In this document: in pieces, positions 31,444-43,184 of the stretch
Position numbering within the stretch: position 1 is the first letter of the stretch
Layout: every line of letters begins with the position of its first letter
From: a virus
Taxonomy: Duplodnaviria; Caudoviricetes
DNA length: 60,531 bases
Virus record (IMG/VR): IMGVR_UViG_3300046004_001101
Span: 1 to 60,531 of that record
Reading direction: 5' to 3' (one strand)
The notes under the pieces: model-generated
Told to the model about the DNA's origin: nothing
Databases searched by the model: none
The model's input: only the letters and a program-made list of their open reading frames with translations
Translations under genes and position numbers: made by a program

Positions 31444-32327
31444 GACATATCATCCTCATGTCTTACACCTAAATACACTGGAAATCGAGGTAACTCAACC
31501 ACACCTACCTCAAAGAATTTATAAGTAATTATCTTACCGAGATACCAATCTCTGTTATTCCATATTTCAGCTCTCTGTTCAGACGTAAATCCTGAGCCTA
31601 CATTGAATTCTAAGCCGCTGGAAGCATCTTTTACTAAAAGTGACCCTAACGTATTGCCATCCACTTTACCAGCCTTAGACGAGCTTCTAGCGGTATTGCC
31701 GACCTCGTTAATCATCTTCTCATTGAGATTATTTTGTAGTTCCTCGAAACCAATAATGATTGCTTCGGCTGACGAAAATCGTTTTAATTTACTTAAATAA
31801 CCTTCTTTAAGTGTACTACGACCTTGTTTATAACCATCTTTAGAACGTATCATTACACCTTCAAATCCGCTTGCTAACGCACGTTCTTCAAAATCTAATA
31901 ATTGTGTTAAATCTTCACATACTTCTTCATGTACCGTTTTAATTTCAGGATTCATGAATGCGATACAAGATATTTGATGTAATTTATTTTTACGACTTAA
32001 ATTATTATCAATTGTGTCGAACACAAAGAATCTAACACCATCCGCAGAACCTTTAATCGTCATAACCTGTGAAGTTGTTTTATTAAATACATCTGGTTCA
32101 TTAGGTTTCCCAACAATTAACTCACCATCTAAACCATTAAATTTACTACGTCCAAATTTAGCTTGAATTTCTTTGTTTGGAATTGGTTTCATCGACCTAC
32201 TTAATACAACACCATCAATCACGATAGCTCTAATGCCATCTAACTTTAAACTAGCGACACATGGAAATTTAACATCTTTTGATACGTCCTTAATTGTGGC
32301 TGCTAACATCGGTTTCTTAATACTCAT
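31440..32327 (-). CDS. ATP-dependent DNA ligase
   Basis: KPMLA, KLDGIR, LDGEL, VFD, EGVM, K.K, VGSGF, PRFP. Confidence 0.95.
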   Translation of the reverse strand: MSIKKPMLAATIKDVSKDVKFPCVASLKLDGIRAIVIDGVVLSRSMKPIPNKEIQAKFGRSKFNGLDGELIVGKPNEPDVFNKTTSQVMTIKGSADGVRFFVFDTIDNNLSRKNKLHQISCIAFMNPEIKTVHEEVCEDLTQLLDFEERALASGFEGVMIRSKDGYKQGRSTLKEGYLSKLKRFSSAEAIIIGFEELQNNLNEKMINEVGNTARSSSKAGKVDGNTLGSLLVKDASSGLEFNVGSGFTSEQRAEIWNNRDWYLGKIITYKFFEVGVVELPRFPVYLGVRHEDDMS

Positions 32328-33148
32328 AATCCACCTCTAATGAATTGAACACATAGTTGATTATCAAAATGGACTCTAGGTTTATTATTGCCAGCTAACG
32401 GACTAATACGTCTAACCGCTACACTGACAATATCCACTATATCTACTTCGTTAAATATGTTTTTCCTAGTACACCCAACTTTTACTACTTTCGCAGGTTT
32501 AATTCCTGCTTTGTTGATTCTAGTTCTAGCTGTTTCTATACCGATATTATACTTTTTTGAAATATCACTAATACTAAGTAACATATTAAATTCCTCCTAA
32601 AATAACTTCATTCGTAAATTTGTGTAACAATCCTGAATCATCCACACCTTGATACAACGTAATATAACCTAACTGTTTGACAGACACAATAGATACGGCT
32701 AACGCTTGCTTTAATTTGTGACTGAAAATCGTTACATAACAACCTTCGGCTAAATCTAAGTGTTTCCCATTAGCGGGTGTAAAATCTAAACCTGTCATGA
32801 TAACATCTCCTTCATATCTGAAAAGAACTTCGCTTTAGCAGAAATTGATTCTTCTTGATGACGCTGTAATAACTCATCTTGGTCAACATCAATTGCTTGA
32901 TAACGTTCTAATACGCGTTTCACACTAAATACGCGGATTAATTTCTCATTTTCAAGAATAACGTAATTGTTAGGTTTAACCATGATATTAAATTCACCGT
33001 CTATCGACGATATTTTAAGTTTATCTTTACGAAGTGTCACTTCAAAATGTTCACCAACCATTTCAGCAATTTTAACCACACTGCATAATAAGCCATCGAA
33101 ACGAACTGCTTTGATTTGTGGTTGAATTCTATATCTTAAACTAATCAT
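32324..33148 (-). CDS. Three small ORFs (32324-32584 HTH-like, 32586-32798, 32795-33148)
   Basis: Coupled chain; first has LSISDISKKYNIGIETARTRI. Confidence 0.55.
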
Positions 33149-33157
33149 GGTTATCTC

Positions 33158-34231
33158 CTATACGCGCATTGTCATAACAACTACTTTATGTTCACCTTGT
33201 TCACATAAAGTAGTTGATTCATCGTTTGAAAGTTGTAATATAAATTCTTCATCTTTACATACACCTAAAGCAGCATTCAAATACTGTAAGTTTAATCCGA
33301 ATCGGACATCTTTTTTGTCATACTGTGTACAAAAGTAAGTCTTAATCTGACACAATTCTTTACTTGTGGTAGATAAAGTTAATTCATTTGAATTCAAATT
33401 GATAATTAAACAATTATCTTCAACCAAAGGGCTAATCTCTTTTAGTTTCAACGTTAATTCTTTTGTGTTGAAACGAATGGTTGTATCAAATGCGTTACCA
33501 AATACGCGATTAAAGTCAGGATAGTTTCTATCAACCAATGCAGACGTAACACTAATTTTTTCTTCTAAGAAGTTAAATTCAACCACATTAGGTCGTCCAT
33601 CTTGAAATTGACTAACGTACACATTAACGAATCCTGTAAGCTTAATTTTACTTAATACATCGAACATAGTTCTGGTGACAGTGAAGTTATAGTTTCCAAA
33701 TGTGTTTTCTACAGGTACTGTTTTCGTTAATAATGTGTGACCGTTACTAGCGGTAATTGTTAAAACTCCATCAGCTACAATTACGTTAAATCCATTCAAA
33801 TAATATCGCACATCATGCTTACCCATAAACGCTTTAATATCAGCTAACATTGATGCGTATTGTTTAGGGTTCATTCTGAAACACAATTTAGAATCATCGA
33901 TTGAACAATCGAAAATATCAAAATTAAAATCATCCACTTTTGATACAGCTACTTCATAGCCATTTAAGGTGGCTAATTCATCGCTGACGACGTTTAATTC
34001 AGAAAGTGACCCAATCATACTGGTAACTAATTTACCGTCAATCTGGGCGAATTTAACGTCGTTAAAACGGTCATCATAAATTCGTGTTACAACTTCACCA
34101 TTACACGCTGTAATGAATCCTTCGTTAATTGACAAATTATTCAACTGTTTATTACTTGGTTTAGTAGGTATCGTTGCTTTCAACGCAGCAATCTGATTTT
34201 TATTTACTTGTTTTTCTGTTTTTGTGTTCAT
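33158..34231 (-). CDS. dnaN: DNA polymerase III beta-like sliding clamp
   Basis: HDVRYYLNG, ASNGH.L, NYPDFNRV, GLNLQYL, C-terminal VVMTMRV. Confidence 0.85.
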   Translation of the reverse strand: MNTKTEKQVNKNQIAALKATIPTKPSNKQLNNLSINEGFITACNGEVVTRIYDDRFNDVKFAQIDGKLVTSMIGSLSELNVVSDELATLNGYEVAVSKVDDFNFDIFDCSIDDSKLCFRMNPKQYASMLADIKAFMGKHDVRYYLNGFNVIVADGVLTITASNGHTLLTKTVPVENTFGNYNFTVTRTMFDVLSKIKLTGFVNVYVSQFQDGRPNVVEFNFLEEKISVTSALVDRNYPDFNRVFGNAFDTTIRFNTKELTLKLKEISPLVEDNCLIINLNSNELTLSTTSKELCQIKTYFCTQYDKKDVRFGLNLQYLNAALGVCKDEEFILQLSNDESTTLCEQGEHKVVVMTMRV

Positions 34232-34310
34232 GATTATTCTCCAATTAAACCTTCTAAGCCAATCTCAGAAGGTGATTTATTCTATTATATGTTTCGTGCT
34301 AAGTCAACAA

Positions 34311-34700
34311 CTATAAATAAGTACCTTTCACTTCAATCAACAATCTATCGAACTCGTTATTCAACAACTGACGAGTATGACCTTTCACTTCTTCATACGA
34401 CATTTCATTCGATTCAATCCAATCATCTAACAAAAGCAAATGATATGAAACTAAACGTTTCAAGGTTTCAATCGCACAGATTGAACGTGTGTCACATAGG
34501 GTATTCGCCCTGTGCATAACGAGTAACTCATACAAGTAAGTCCAGTATTCTTTTCTAGCTGGGACAATACCAATTTCTTCTACGCAACGTAGTTTGTAAC
34601 GTACATTAGGTAAAAGGTTTAAACTGAATTCTTCGATATTTTTAAGGCTATGTAAGACGCTAGTCTGTGATTCATGTAGGATAGTCATTTCATTCTCCAA
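34311..34700 (-). CDS. Hypothetical protein
   Basis: ORF preceded by TTGACA-17-TAGAAT. Confidence 0.55.
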   Translation of the reverse strand: MENEMTILHESQTSVLHSLKNIEEFSLNLLPNVRYKLRCVEEIGIVPARKEYWTYLYELLVMHRANTLCDTRSICAIETLKRLVSYHLLLLDDWIESNEMSYEEVKGHTRQLLNNEFDRLLIEVKGTYL

Positions 34701-34817
34701 TAATTAAGTACCGACTTGGTACGATTCAAATTCTATAGATGTTTTATTCTTATGTCAACAACTAATTAACGCCTAACTTTTATTCGAGAGTTAGGAAACT
34801 CGGTTTGATTATGTCAT

Positions 34818-35753
34818 TTAGTTTCCACTAAGTTTTGATAAATATAATAAAAAAGGAGGTGCTGATTCATTACCTTTAAAATGATTTCGTATAACGTCGT
34901 CTAATACTTTATCAAATTTAGATATATTCTCAGCAGCTTCTAAAGGTCTTAGGTTGGTATAATGTGAAAGAGTGTTTAGTTCTTCTTCATTTTCACCAAA
35001 GCTCAGTGGAATTACATGGTCAATATGCCAGTACGAACCTTTATTTTTCCAAGTCATATTTTCATCAAACATCGATTCAAAAATATCACATATTTCAATA
35101 TAGGTACATCCTAAAACAGTTAGTGTGTTTTTAGATTTAGTTTTATTATTTCTTAAAAAGAAATCTCTAATTCTACTTCGTATAGAACAAGCTACTGCGT
35201 ATAATTTGTCATTTTTATATCTGTAGTTTAGCTTATGTCGATTATTCTTCTTATATAAACTTTTTTTAATTTTTATAACCGCTAGGTTTTTATCTCTATA
35301 TGCTTTATCATAATCACGTTTGCTATCTTTAGTTATCTGATTATAGCACTTTCTACACATTGGTCTAAACCCGTTTAGTGAATTAGTTGCTTTTGAAAAA
35401 TGACTAACGTGATGTATCTGTTCACATATTGAACATGATAAAGTATCTTCTTCTCCACCTATACAATTTATTTTGTTGGTATAACATTCAATACATCTTC
35501 TAGCTAAAAAGTCTTTTGTTTGACCCGCTAAATTAAATTTACTTATTGATTTAGTTGTGTCGCAGGTTATACAATACTTATCTTTAGTGTTAAATATAAA
35601 ATCAACGTATTTCTTTCTTAAATTCATTTCTTTTGATTTTATATTTTTACAAGATTTACAAGTCCCTTGTAAACCGTCCCAACTAACTGAAGATTTGTGA
35701 AATTCAGACGCATCGAATTCAATTTTACAACATCCGCATTTTTTCTTAGACAT
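34818..35753 (-). CDS. Zn-ribbon HNH endonuclease
   Basis: Three CxxC..CxxC repeats, LGC, WHIDHVIP, HYTNLRPL..EN.SK. Confidence 0.88.
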   Translation of the reverse strand: MSKKKCGCCKIEFDASEFHKSSVSWDGLQGTCKSCKNIKSKEMNLRKKYVDFIFNTKDKYCITCDTTKSISKFNLAGQTKDFLARRCIECYTNKINCIGGEEDTLSCSICEQIHHVSHFSKATNSLNGFRPMCRKCYNQITKDSKRDYDKAYRDKNLAVIKIKKSLYKKNNRHKLNYRYKNDKLYAVACSIRSRIRDFFLRNNKTKSKNTLTVLGCTYIEICDIFESMFDENMTWKNKGSYWHIDHVIPLSFGENEEELNTLSHYTNLRPLEAAENISKFDKVLDDVIRNHFKGNESAPPFLLYLSKLSGN

Positions 35754-35757
35754 TAAA

Positions 35758-35919
35758 AACTCCTTATATGAAATTATTAGACCCTGAAACCGTACTATGT
35801 ACGTTGTAGTTATTCGTATATTTACTACAAATCTAATAACCCCATATAAGGAGTTCTACTATGTAACGGTTTCAGACGTTATGTATCCGAATATACCATA
35901 TTACAGTAGAACTTGTCAA
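35758..35919 (-). promoter_or_regulatory. Promoter and RBS-sequestering structured leader
   Basis: TTGACA-18-TATATT; 24-nt arms 35832-35855/35758-35781 (latter contains AAGGAG) interleaved with 35866-35875/35784-35793. Confidence 0.75.
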
Positions 35920-35926
35920 GCTAAAA

Positions 35927-36352
35927 TTAACCAGTAGAACCAAATCCACCAGAACCACGTTCAGTGTCATCCAATTCATCACATAGTTCAAAGTCAACCA
36001 ACTCTACTTTATTTATTACCATTTGAGCAATCGCAGAACCAGACTTAAATTCAACTTCTGTATTACCGTGATTTATTAGAATAACCCCCAACTCACCACG
36101 ATATTGTTGGTCAATTGTACCAGGTGAGTTTAAGACAACTGCTCCGTGTTTATAAGCGTTCCCGCTACGACTTCTAATTTGAACCTCGTAACCTACTGGG
36201 ATTTCGATTGCTAAACCTACCTTTACCAACTTACGTTGACCAACACCGATAATAACATCTTCATAGGTAAATAAATCTATCCCCGCATCGCTAGGGTACG
36301 CTCGTTTTGGTAGAATTGCGTTTTCATTCAATTTTTTAATTTTAAAACTCAT
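35927..36352 (-). CDS. dut: Trimeric dUTPase
   Basis: AGIDL, RSG, GTID..YRGE, IAQ, RG.GGFGSTG. Confidence 0.96.
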   Translation of the reverse strand: MSFKIKKLNENAILPKRAYPSDAGIDLFTYEDVIIGVGQRKLVKVGLAIEIPVGYEVQIRSRSGNAYKHGAVVLNSPGTIDQQYRGELGVILINHGNTEVEFKSGSAIAQMVINKVELVDFELCDELDDTERGSGGFGSTG

Positions 36353-36426
36353 TTCATGCCTCCTACCGATTCACGTCTAATTGCGATTACTTGTTCAAAT
36401 TTGCTCATTTTGTTTCTCCAATTAAG

Positions 36427-38358
36427 TTATACTAATAAATTCTTAGCGTATTCAATTATACTAACTTTATGCTCATAAGGATAGCTAAATCCTTCCGTTT
36501 CACTTTCAATAAGTGAAAGTAATCTTTGAACACAATCTGTTAGTTTGTCAATCTTGATAGCCGCTAATTCACATCCAATATCAGCATCTTCTAAGCTAGA
36601 ATCTCTATCGGATAATGAATCGAATAGGTCATCAATCAAAGCATCTTTTTCGTTAAGTTCTTCGATTCTATTAGCTAATTCCCCTTTAAGAATCATATTT
36701 TCAATCTCTAAATCAAACTTTGTCATATTCTTTCCACATTTTGAACACTGATTCTTGCTGAGTTATTTCTTCATCGTCATCAACCCAATCTAAATCATTC
36801 ACAATAGCCCAATTCAAATCAATTGCTAATTGTAACCCTGTACCATGTTGTTTACACGCATGGATAATTGAATGTTTAATATCATAACCTTTGCTCATCT
36901 TAATTCCCCTTGTTTAACCATATAACCACAATAAAAACCAACTGACATGATAAATATACCGATAAGCATTCCTAGTAGAAAGTCATTCATTTCTCACTCT
37001 CCTAATTTAATAAAATGTAACCAATAAGGTAAATCATACACTAAACCACAGCTACTGTCACGCTCTGAATAAAAGTATTCTATGACGGAATACACAGTAT
37101 TTTCATGGTCAATACATTCAATCACGCAAGCATAACCATCTTTAACTTCCCAGCGCGAATTAGCATCGAATCCAATACCATCTTCGTGATATTCACAGTA
37201 TTCACCCATAAGATAATTAAATCTTTGTGTAGTTACAACACTATACGACGATGATTCTTTTAATTCAACTTCAGTCGTGAAACCAATATCCAAATCTTCT
37301 GTTGAATAATAAGACTCGTTAGCGAAGTCATTTATCTTATATAGTTTGAACATTGTTAACTCCCGCTAAATAAAAATCTCGTGTACGTTCAATTAGTTCA
37401 AGATGTAATCGTTTTCTTTCTAAGTCATTCGCTAACATACTGATTCTAGTTTTAAAAGCGACATCAGATTCTTCTCGTTTATATGAAATATACGCGATAC
37501 CACATTCATTACTATCCGATTCTAAAACAATACCACTCGCATCATTATACTTTCTTAATGTATTTTTCACATCCTGTAAATAAGCGATGGCTTCATCAAT
37601 ACTTAACCCTTCTAACTCTAAGTATTCGTAATCAAATTCCATCATTTTACCGTTACTTACAGCTAAATCGTATTCTTCTTTCGCTTTAAGCATAGCGAAT
37701 ACTTGTTTTTGTACTAATTTGTTAAAGTCATCTATGAACATGCTTATTCTCCCATGTACCACGCGGCACTCCGTCCATTATCAATAGTATAACCATGAAC
37801 ACCAGTACATACACCTGTCATTGGATATTCATTAGTCATAAATTCACTATGTGTAACAAAATTATCTTTCTTATCGAATTTACGTCGTTCAATCTGTTGT
37901 TCAGTTGTAGTAATACGCGCATTAGGGAACTTATCGAGTACACACTCTGCAAAACAACGTTCTGTATTTCCAGTACGATGAAACGCATGACCGTAATAAA
38001 AATATAAAATATCTTTTGAATCCGATTCATCGTTTCTTACTGTGAATACTGTACCGTCACATACAGTTATTGTGTGAGCTACACCCTGCTTACGCGATAC
38101 TTTGTATTTAAAATCTTTGTAATCAAGCATATAGATGTTTTTTAAGAGTTTATCACGTTTAACGTAACCACGTTTATCGCTTAGTTCTGAGAACTCGCTT
38201 TCTTGATAATCTTGCACCGTAATTAAACCATCTTCATGTTGTTTGATACACACATATTCTTCGGTGTATTTATCTTCAAGGAATAACAATACGTTTTCTT
38301 TGTCTATGTCAGATAAGTTATTAAATCTGCTTTTTGTGTCGATGTGTAATGTGTTCAT
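36427..38358 (-). CDS. Five hypothetical ORFs (36427-36726, 36713-36898, 36994-37353, 37337-37762, 37744-38358)
   Basis: Coupled chain downstream of TTGACA-18-TAAACT; several are acidic. Confidence 0.6.
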
Positions 38359-38435
38359 TGTAATTCTCCAAGTAATTTAAGCCTTTTTGTTAAGGCAGGT
38401 GTAGTTTAATTGTGTTTTTTGTACTATGTCAAACT

Positions 38436-38978
38436 TTATTTTACAAAATTTAAATCTTTTTCCACCACTTTGAATTTAGGGAGTTCCATCGAATTACGTT
38501 GCACAATAACAGAGCGATGTTTTTTCGTGATTTCAAGTAATGATGTTTGTTCATCGTATAGTTGTTCTTGAATGATTTTAGCGCGTTTAAATTCATCCAC
38601 CATCTTGACACGATTCAAGTCGATAAGACCGTAACGTGGTTTTTCTGTTGGTTGAATGTATTGGAGTTTCTTTTTAGCTTTGCTTTTTTTAATTGCGATA
38701 CCTATACAAAGTTTACAGTATATTGAATATCCATCACATCTATTTTTGTCTTTATGAAACTCCGAAACTCCTTTTTCTATCCCACATTTAGGACACGCCT
38801 TAGTTTGTTTTTTAATATATTTAATTTCCCCTGTAATTCTCTTTTTTTGAGTAATTGACTTTTGAGAATCTCTGCAAATTTTACAGGCAGATTCTAAACC
38901 ATTTTTAGCACCAGATTTCTTATAAAACTCATCTACCGACTTAACTTCTTTACATTTAGTACATTGTTTCGTATTCAT
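38436..38978 (-). CDS. Zn-ribbon repeat protein lacking an HNH domain
   Basis: Two KxCxxC...F.K.....G....CKxC units like those of the HNH genes. Confidence 0.7.
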   Translation of the reverse strand: MNTKQCTKCKEVKSVDEFYKKSGAKNGLESACKICRDSQKSITQKKRITGEIKYIKKQTKACPKCGIEKGVSEFHKDKNRCDGYSIYCKLCIGIAIKKSKAKKKLQYIQPTEKPRYGLIDLNRVKMVDEFKRAKIIQEQLYDEQTSLLEITKKHRSVIVQRNSMELPKFKVVEKDLNFVK

Positions 38979-39055
38979 TATCGTTTCCTTTAGTTTGAAG
39001 AAAGGATAGGTACTAAACCTACCCCTTCGATTATTTTAAATTTAAGAATTTTGTT

Positions 39056-40423
39056 TTACATCGTCATAACTATATGGTTCTTAGCCCGTGAAAACGCGAC
39101 ATAGAGCAACTTCAATGCAGTTTGTAAACCGTTATATCGTTCTGCGCTAAGTATATCACTTACGTTGATAAACACAATATCGTAAGTTGAACCTTGTACA
39201 GAATGTGCAGTGCCACTATAGACTATTTGTGGAGCTGATACGAATTCGTTAATACGTCTAGCGTATTCATAAGCTGGATTACCCATTCTATGTTTTTTAC
39301 ATAGGTTATTCATTTCGGATAATATAGTTTCGTGTTCAAGTAGGTTCTTAGCGACGTTAAATTCGTATTCATCACCTGTACCCAAACATCTAGCGATAAT
39401 TCGATTACTACCTAATTTAAATTCATCCCATAAATTAGTCGTTGAATTGATTTGATACGCATCGATTAGTAGTGGTGGGTTTTCCTTCACATATAAGACT
39501 TCTAATTCACTTCCTATTGGTAAGAGTATTTCATCAGAACCTTCTTTAGCATGCAGTGACGGGTTATATCCGACTAAGGTCTGCATTTCCGTTAAGGCTT
39601 TTCGTAATACGATGATTTCGCCCTGATTGTAGTTAATTCTAGTATCGTAACCTTGTGCTTTTCGTACTGTGTTTCCCATATTGGTACAGGCGCGATTTGT
39701 CCAAGCAATTGCTTTACTGTAATCTGTGTTTTCGGTAGTCATACACATAGAATGAGCAACTAACGCTTGATTGAACGTGTTGTAATCACATTCTGATACT
39801 GATTTTTCTTCTTCTACTACACAAAAGCTAAGAAGTTCTGCTTTAGTTGGTTTGTGGTTATCATCAATCCACTTTCTTGTTTGGATACACAAGTCTAAAA
39901 CACATCCTTTTGTACGTTCAACTTTAGTCAAACGTAACGTCGTAATATCTTTAAATGCAAGTGATTGTACCTCCCCTACAGGGGGAGCTTGATAATCATC
40001 ACCCACAAAGATGATTTTAGTATGTGAACCTTGTTGCGCTAAATCTAATTTGGACAATAATGATTTACCTAACATCGATGATTCGTCAATAATAAGTAAA
40101 TCAAAATCAGACACTTTACTTTTACCTTTCTGCTCTAATTCAGTGAGGTCTTTATTACTAATTGGTACTAATCCAAGTAAGGAATGAATTGTTTTGTATT
40201 CTACGGTAGGGTATTCGATACTGGATTTAATAACGCGAAGTGAGCGATGTGTAGGCGCACAGACGCATACGGTATGTGAATGTTGTATTTTACCTAATAG
40301 TTGGTTAATAACGGTAGTCTTACCTACGCCACCTCCACCAACTAAAGCGATTCTATTCGCGTATCCTGATAAGAAATCGGTTAGTTTATCTAACACGTAT
40401 AATTGGTCGTTATTTAAGTTCAT
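39056..40423 (-). CDS. Dda/RecD-like SF1B helicase
   Basis: GGGGVGKTT, APTH, TIHSLL, IIDESSM, VGDDYQ.PPV, TAHSVQGSTY, YVAFSRA. Confidence 0.92.
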   Translation of the reverse strand: MNLNNDQLYVLDKLTDFLSGYANRIALVGGGGVGKTTVINQLLGKIQHSHTVCVCAPTHRSLRVIKSSIEYPTVEYKTIHSLLGLVPISNKDLTELEQKGKSKVSDFDLLIIDESSMLGKSLLSKLDLAQQGSHTKIIFVGDDYQAPPVGEVQSLAFKDITTLRLTKVERTKGCVLDLCIQTRKWIDDNHKPTKAELLSFCVVEEEKSVSECDYNTFNQALVAHSMCMTTENTDYSKAIAWTNRACTNMGNTVRKAQGYDTRINYNQGEIIVLRKALTEMQTLVGYNPSLHAKEGSDEILLPIGSELEVLYVKENPPLLIDAYQINSTTNLWDEFKLGSNRIIARCLGTGDEYEFNVAKNLLEHETILSEMNNLCKKHRMGNPAYEYARRINEFVSAPQIVYSGTAHSVQGSTYDIVFINVSDILSAERYNGLQTALKLLYVAFSRAKNHIVMTM

Positions 40424-40457
40424 TGTTGTTCTCCAGTTAGTTTTATTTATTTTGTAA

Positions 40458-40489
40458 ATTCAATACACCGTGTTATCGGTGTATTGAAT
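40458..40489. terminator. Hairpin after primase
   Basis: attcaatacaccg-tgttat-cggtgtattgaat. Confidence 0.6.
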
Positions 40490-40502
40490 CATATTCAAGT
40501 GG

Positions 40503-43142
40503 CTATATCGTAAGCGACGCTTGAATATCGGCTAGTTTATCGACGTATTTCGCTTCAAGCAACTGATAATACACGCCACGAATAGTTCGACCTGTATGTT
40601 TAGCGACGAGTTCTTTCGCGGAATCCGTTAGTACCGCAATTTCACCGTTCTTAACGGCACTGTCTAAGATAAGTTCTAAGGTTTTGATGTTCGACATCTG
40701 ACCAATTTTAAACGAATTACCCTGTAAGCGTTGTGTCATAAGACTGCGTGGGAAAATACCTAAGTCTAATAAATGACCGTAGTTCTTAGCGGTTTTATCG
40801 CGTTCTTTTGGGTGTTTAACGAGTTTGTAGATTAACGCCATGACACGACGTTTACAATTCTGTTCAGACACACCTACCGAACCATCGCGCAGCTTATTTG
40901 CCATGTTGAATACATCGCGCATGACTAGATTACGCGCCCATTGGAAATCTTCCATTGAGATAGACGGGTCACCTAAGTTACGGGTAAAGGCGAGTAATGA
41001 CGCGATAACCATGACCTTTAAGTAAGCACGTCCGTAGATTTGACGATAACCTTCATCTTTTGATGTATTGAATTTCAACGTTAAATAGTTTTCTAATCTA
41101 TCCGCTTCTTCAAATACTAAAGGGTCATCGAGTTTTACTTCAACGGTATCTTTACGGTTGTATAACGATGTGACCTGTTGAATTAAGTAACCTAAGTCAT
41201 CAATTACATTTTTAGGGACTTGTACTGTATGTGCAAACTTATCGGATTTATGCTTAATGGTACTGTAATGCTCCAAGATGATGAATCGTGATAGAAAGCC
41301 ACCTGAACACATTTCTTCAGTGATACCTTCATAGAAGTCAGGTACAGTATCGCCGATTAACGAGAAGGCGGGACTTTCCATACTGCCGCGATTATTTTCT
41401 GAATTCGCGTGTTGCGAACCGCCGTACTGACTATTCAATTTATTCTTCGTTACTGCATCTAAAAGTTCCGCTTTTAAACCACCCATTGCGCCATCTTTAC
41501 CTTGTTTCATTTGTTCAATCAACTGTGCAAATTCAGGTAGCGTTGCACCGATAGAACCGTATTCAGAATTCGACATCAATTGTCGTAAAGCCCCACCCGA
41601 CGATATTTTATCAAAACAAAAAAACTTATCGCCACCAACAGGCGCGGTAGCTTTAGCAATAGCCGATAAAGTAGACGAACAGGTTTCTTTACCCATTGTC
41701 GAATTAGCGACCACAATAATAGCTAAGTTTAACGATGAACCTTTAAAGCGTACCTGACGACCCGCTATTGCCGATATACACACTAAGGCAGCAGCGATAT
41801 GCGCTACTTTGAGTTTGTGTGGTGCAGATGCCATCGAGTATTTAGCGATTTCACCGATTAAGCCAGATGGAAACGGAATATCTTTGAATGCTTCATTCGC
41901 TTCTTCGTATTCATTTTCAATAGCGGTCAAATCTACGTCGTCTTCGCTGGTACAGTCAGCCATCGCTAACTTTTCATTTTCAATGCGTTTATCGAAGATT
42001 TCTTTCTGTTTTTCATAATACATATTTACAACATTCTCCACATAGGTGTTTACATGAGTCATATTTAATTCCGACCTAATAATCGTTAGGCAGCGATTGA
42101 TATGATAATCGTTTTTTGCGTATTTATCGCGTAACGATAACGGCGCACTTTTAAATATCCGTTTTGCTTGTTCATTTGATTTCGTGAATCGACACACAAT
42201 GTTAAAGTACGCTAACACAGCTTCAGATGCAGACGGATAATGTGTTGTTTCCCAATCAGTATTATTGTTAAAGGTTCTAATGTGTGAAAACTTATCTGCA
42301 AAGGCTGAATCTAAGATGTTATCCACTACTTCGTCGTCAGATAAATTGCTCGGAACTTCAGCTAATTCCGATATGATTTCTTCTTCTTCATTATAACCTA
42401 ACTGTGCTAATAAAGCAGTTACTTGCGCTTCTCGATAGCCGATAGGGTCATTGATAGACTTAGCTAGGGCGTTACTTCTAGGTAATTTGTATTCTTCGAC
42501 TACGTCGATTACTTCTTCTGTTGAATCATCACCACTGGACGTAATTGTTGACACGCGATTACCCGTTAAGAGCATAAAACGGTCTTTGTAAGAATAGATT
42601 TCGATACCAAACTTACGAAAGTTCTTAGCGATGAGTTTTTCCGTCTTAATAATGATGTGATAACCTTCACCTGATTTCGATAATTCCGTGTAAGAATCGA
42701 AAGCCTTAATGATTTGATGAAAACCTTTTAAGCGGGTCTGTTTATCGGCTTCAGGTAATCCTTTCGCATCAAGGTCGATAACCGCTAAATGGTCGGCAGT
42801 AGTCAGGACAATGCCTAAATCATAGCCGTATTTTTCGTTGAATGAATCCACCATAACGTAGGGTAAGGTATCGTGACCCATACGCTTATTGTAGCGTTGC
42901 AACATATCTGAATCGGTCACAATATGGGGGATTTTACCGTCAGGTTGACCTTCTTCATCAGCCGCTAATAGCCAGATAGAAGACTGTTTAAGTTCGTTAG
43001 GAATGTAAATTAAGTTGCGTTCTTTTGTACCTTTAAATGAAATAGGTTGAAACACAGTTGGGACGTATTCGTAGTCGTTGTATTCTGGTGCATCATCGTA
43101 GTTGGTTTGTGTAATTTGTGTAGTATTGTATTGTGATGTCAT
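40503..43142 (-). CDS. Primase-helicase (AEP prim-pol N-terminus plus DUF3987-like ATPase)
   Basis: IDLD, ELSKSGEGYH, IEIY..RF..TG; ANSTMGKE, GFLSRF. Confidence 0.82.
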   Translation of the reverse strand: MTSQYNTTQITQTNYDDAPEYNDYEYVPTVFQPISFKGTKERNLIYIPNELKQSSIWLLAADEEGQPDGKIPHIVTDSDMLQRYNKRMGHDTLPYVMVDSFNEKYGYDLGIVLTTADHLAVIDLDAKGLPEADKQTRLKGFHQIIKAFDSYTELSKSGEGYHIIIKTEKLIAKNFRKFGIEIYSYKDRFMLLTGNRVSTITSSGDDSTEEVIDVVEEYKLPRSNALAKSINDPIGYREAQVTALLAQLGYNEEEEIISELAEVPSNLSDDEVVDNILDSAFADKFSHIRTFNNNTDWETTHYPSASEAVLAYFNIVCRFTKSNEQAKRIFKSAPLSLRDKYAKNDYHINRCLTIIRSELNMTHVNTYVENVVNMYYEKQKEIFDKRIENEKLAMADCTSEDDVDLTAIENEYEEANEAFKDIPFPSGLIGEIAKYSMASAPHKLKVAHIAAALVCISAIAGRQVRFKGSSLNLAIIVVANSTMGKETCSSTLSAIAKATAPVGGDKFFCFDKISSGGALRQLMSNSEYGSIGATLPEFAQLIEQMKQGKDGAMGGLKAELLDAVTKNKLNSQYGGSQHANSENNRGSMESPAFSLIGDTVPDFYEGITEEMCSGGFLSRFIILEHYSTIKHKSDKFAHTVQVPKNVIDDLGYLIQQVTSLYNRKDTVEVKLDDPLVFEEADRLENYLTLKFNTSKDEGYRQIYGRAYLKVMVIASLLAFTRNLGDPSISMEDFQWARNLVMRDVFNMANKLRDGSVGVSEQNCKRRVMALIYKLVKHPKERDKTAKNYGHLLDLGIFPRSLMTQRLQGNSFKIGQMSNIKTLELILDSAVKNGEIAVLTDSAKELVAKHTGRTIRGVYYQLLEAKYVDKLADIQASLTI

Positions 43143-43184
43143 GTTTTAGATTTCCTTATTGTGTAGGTTAATTAGAATAACACA

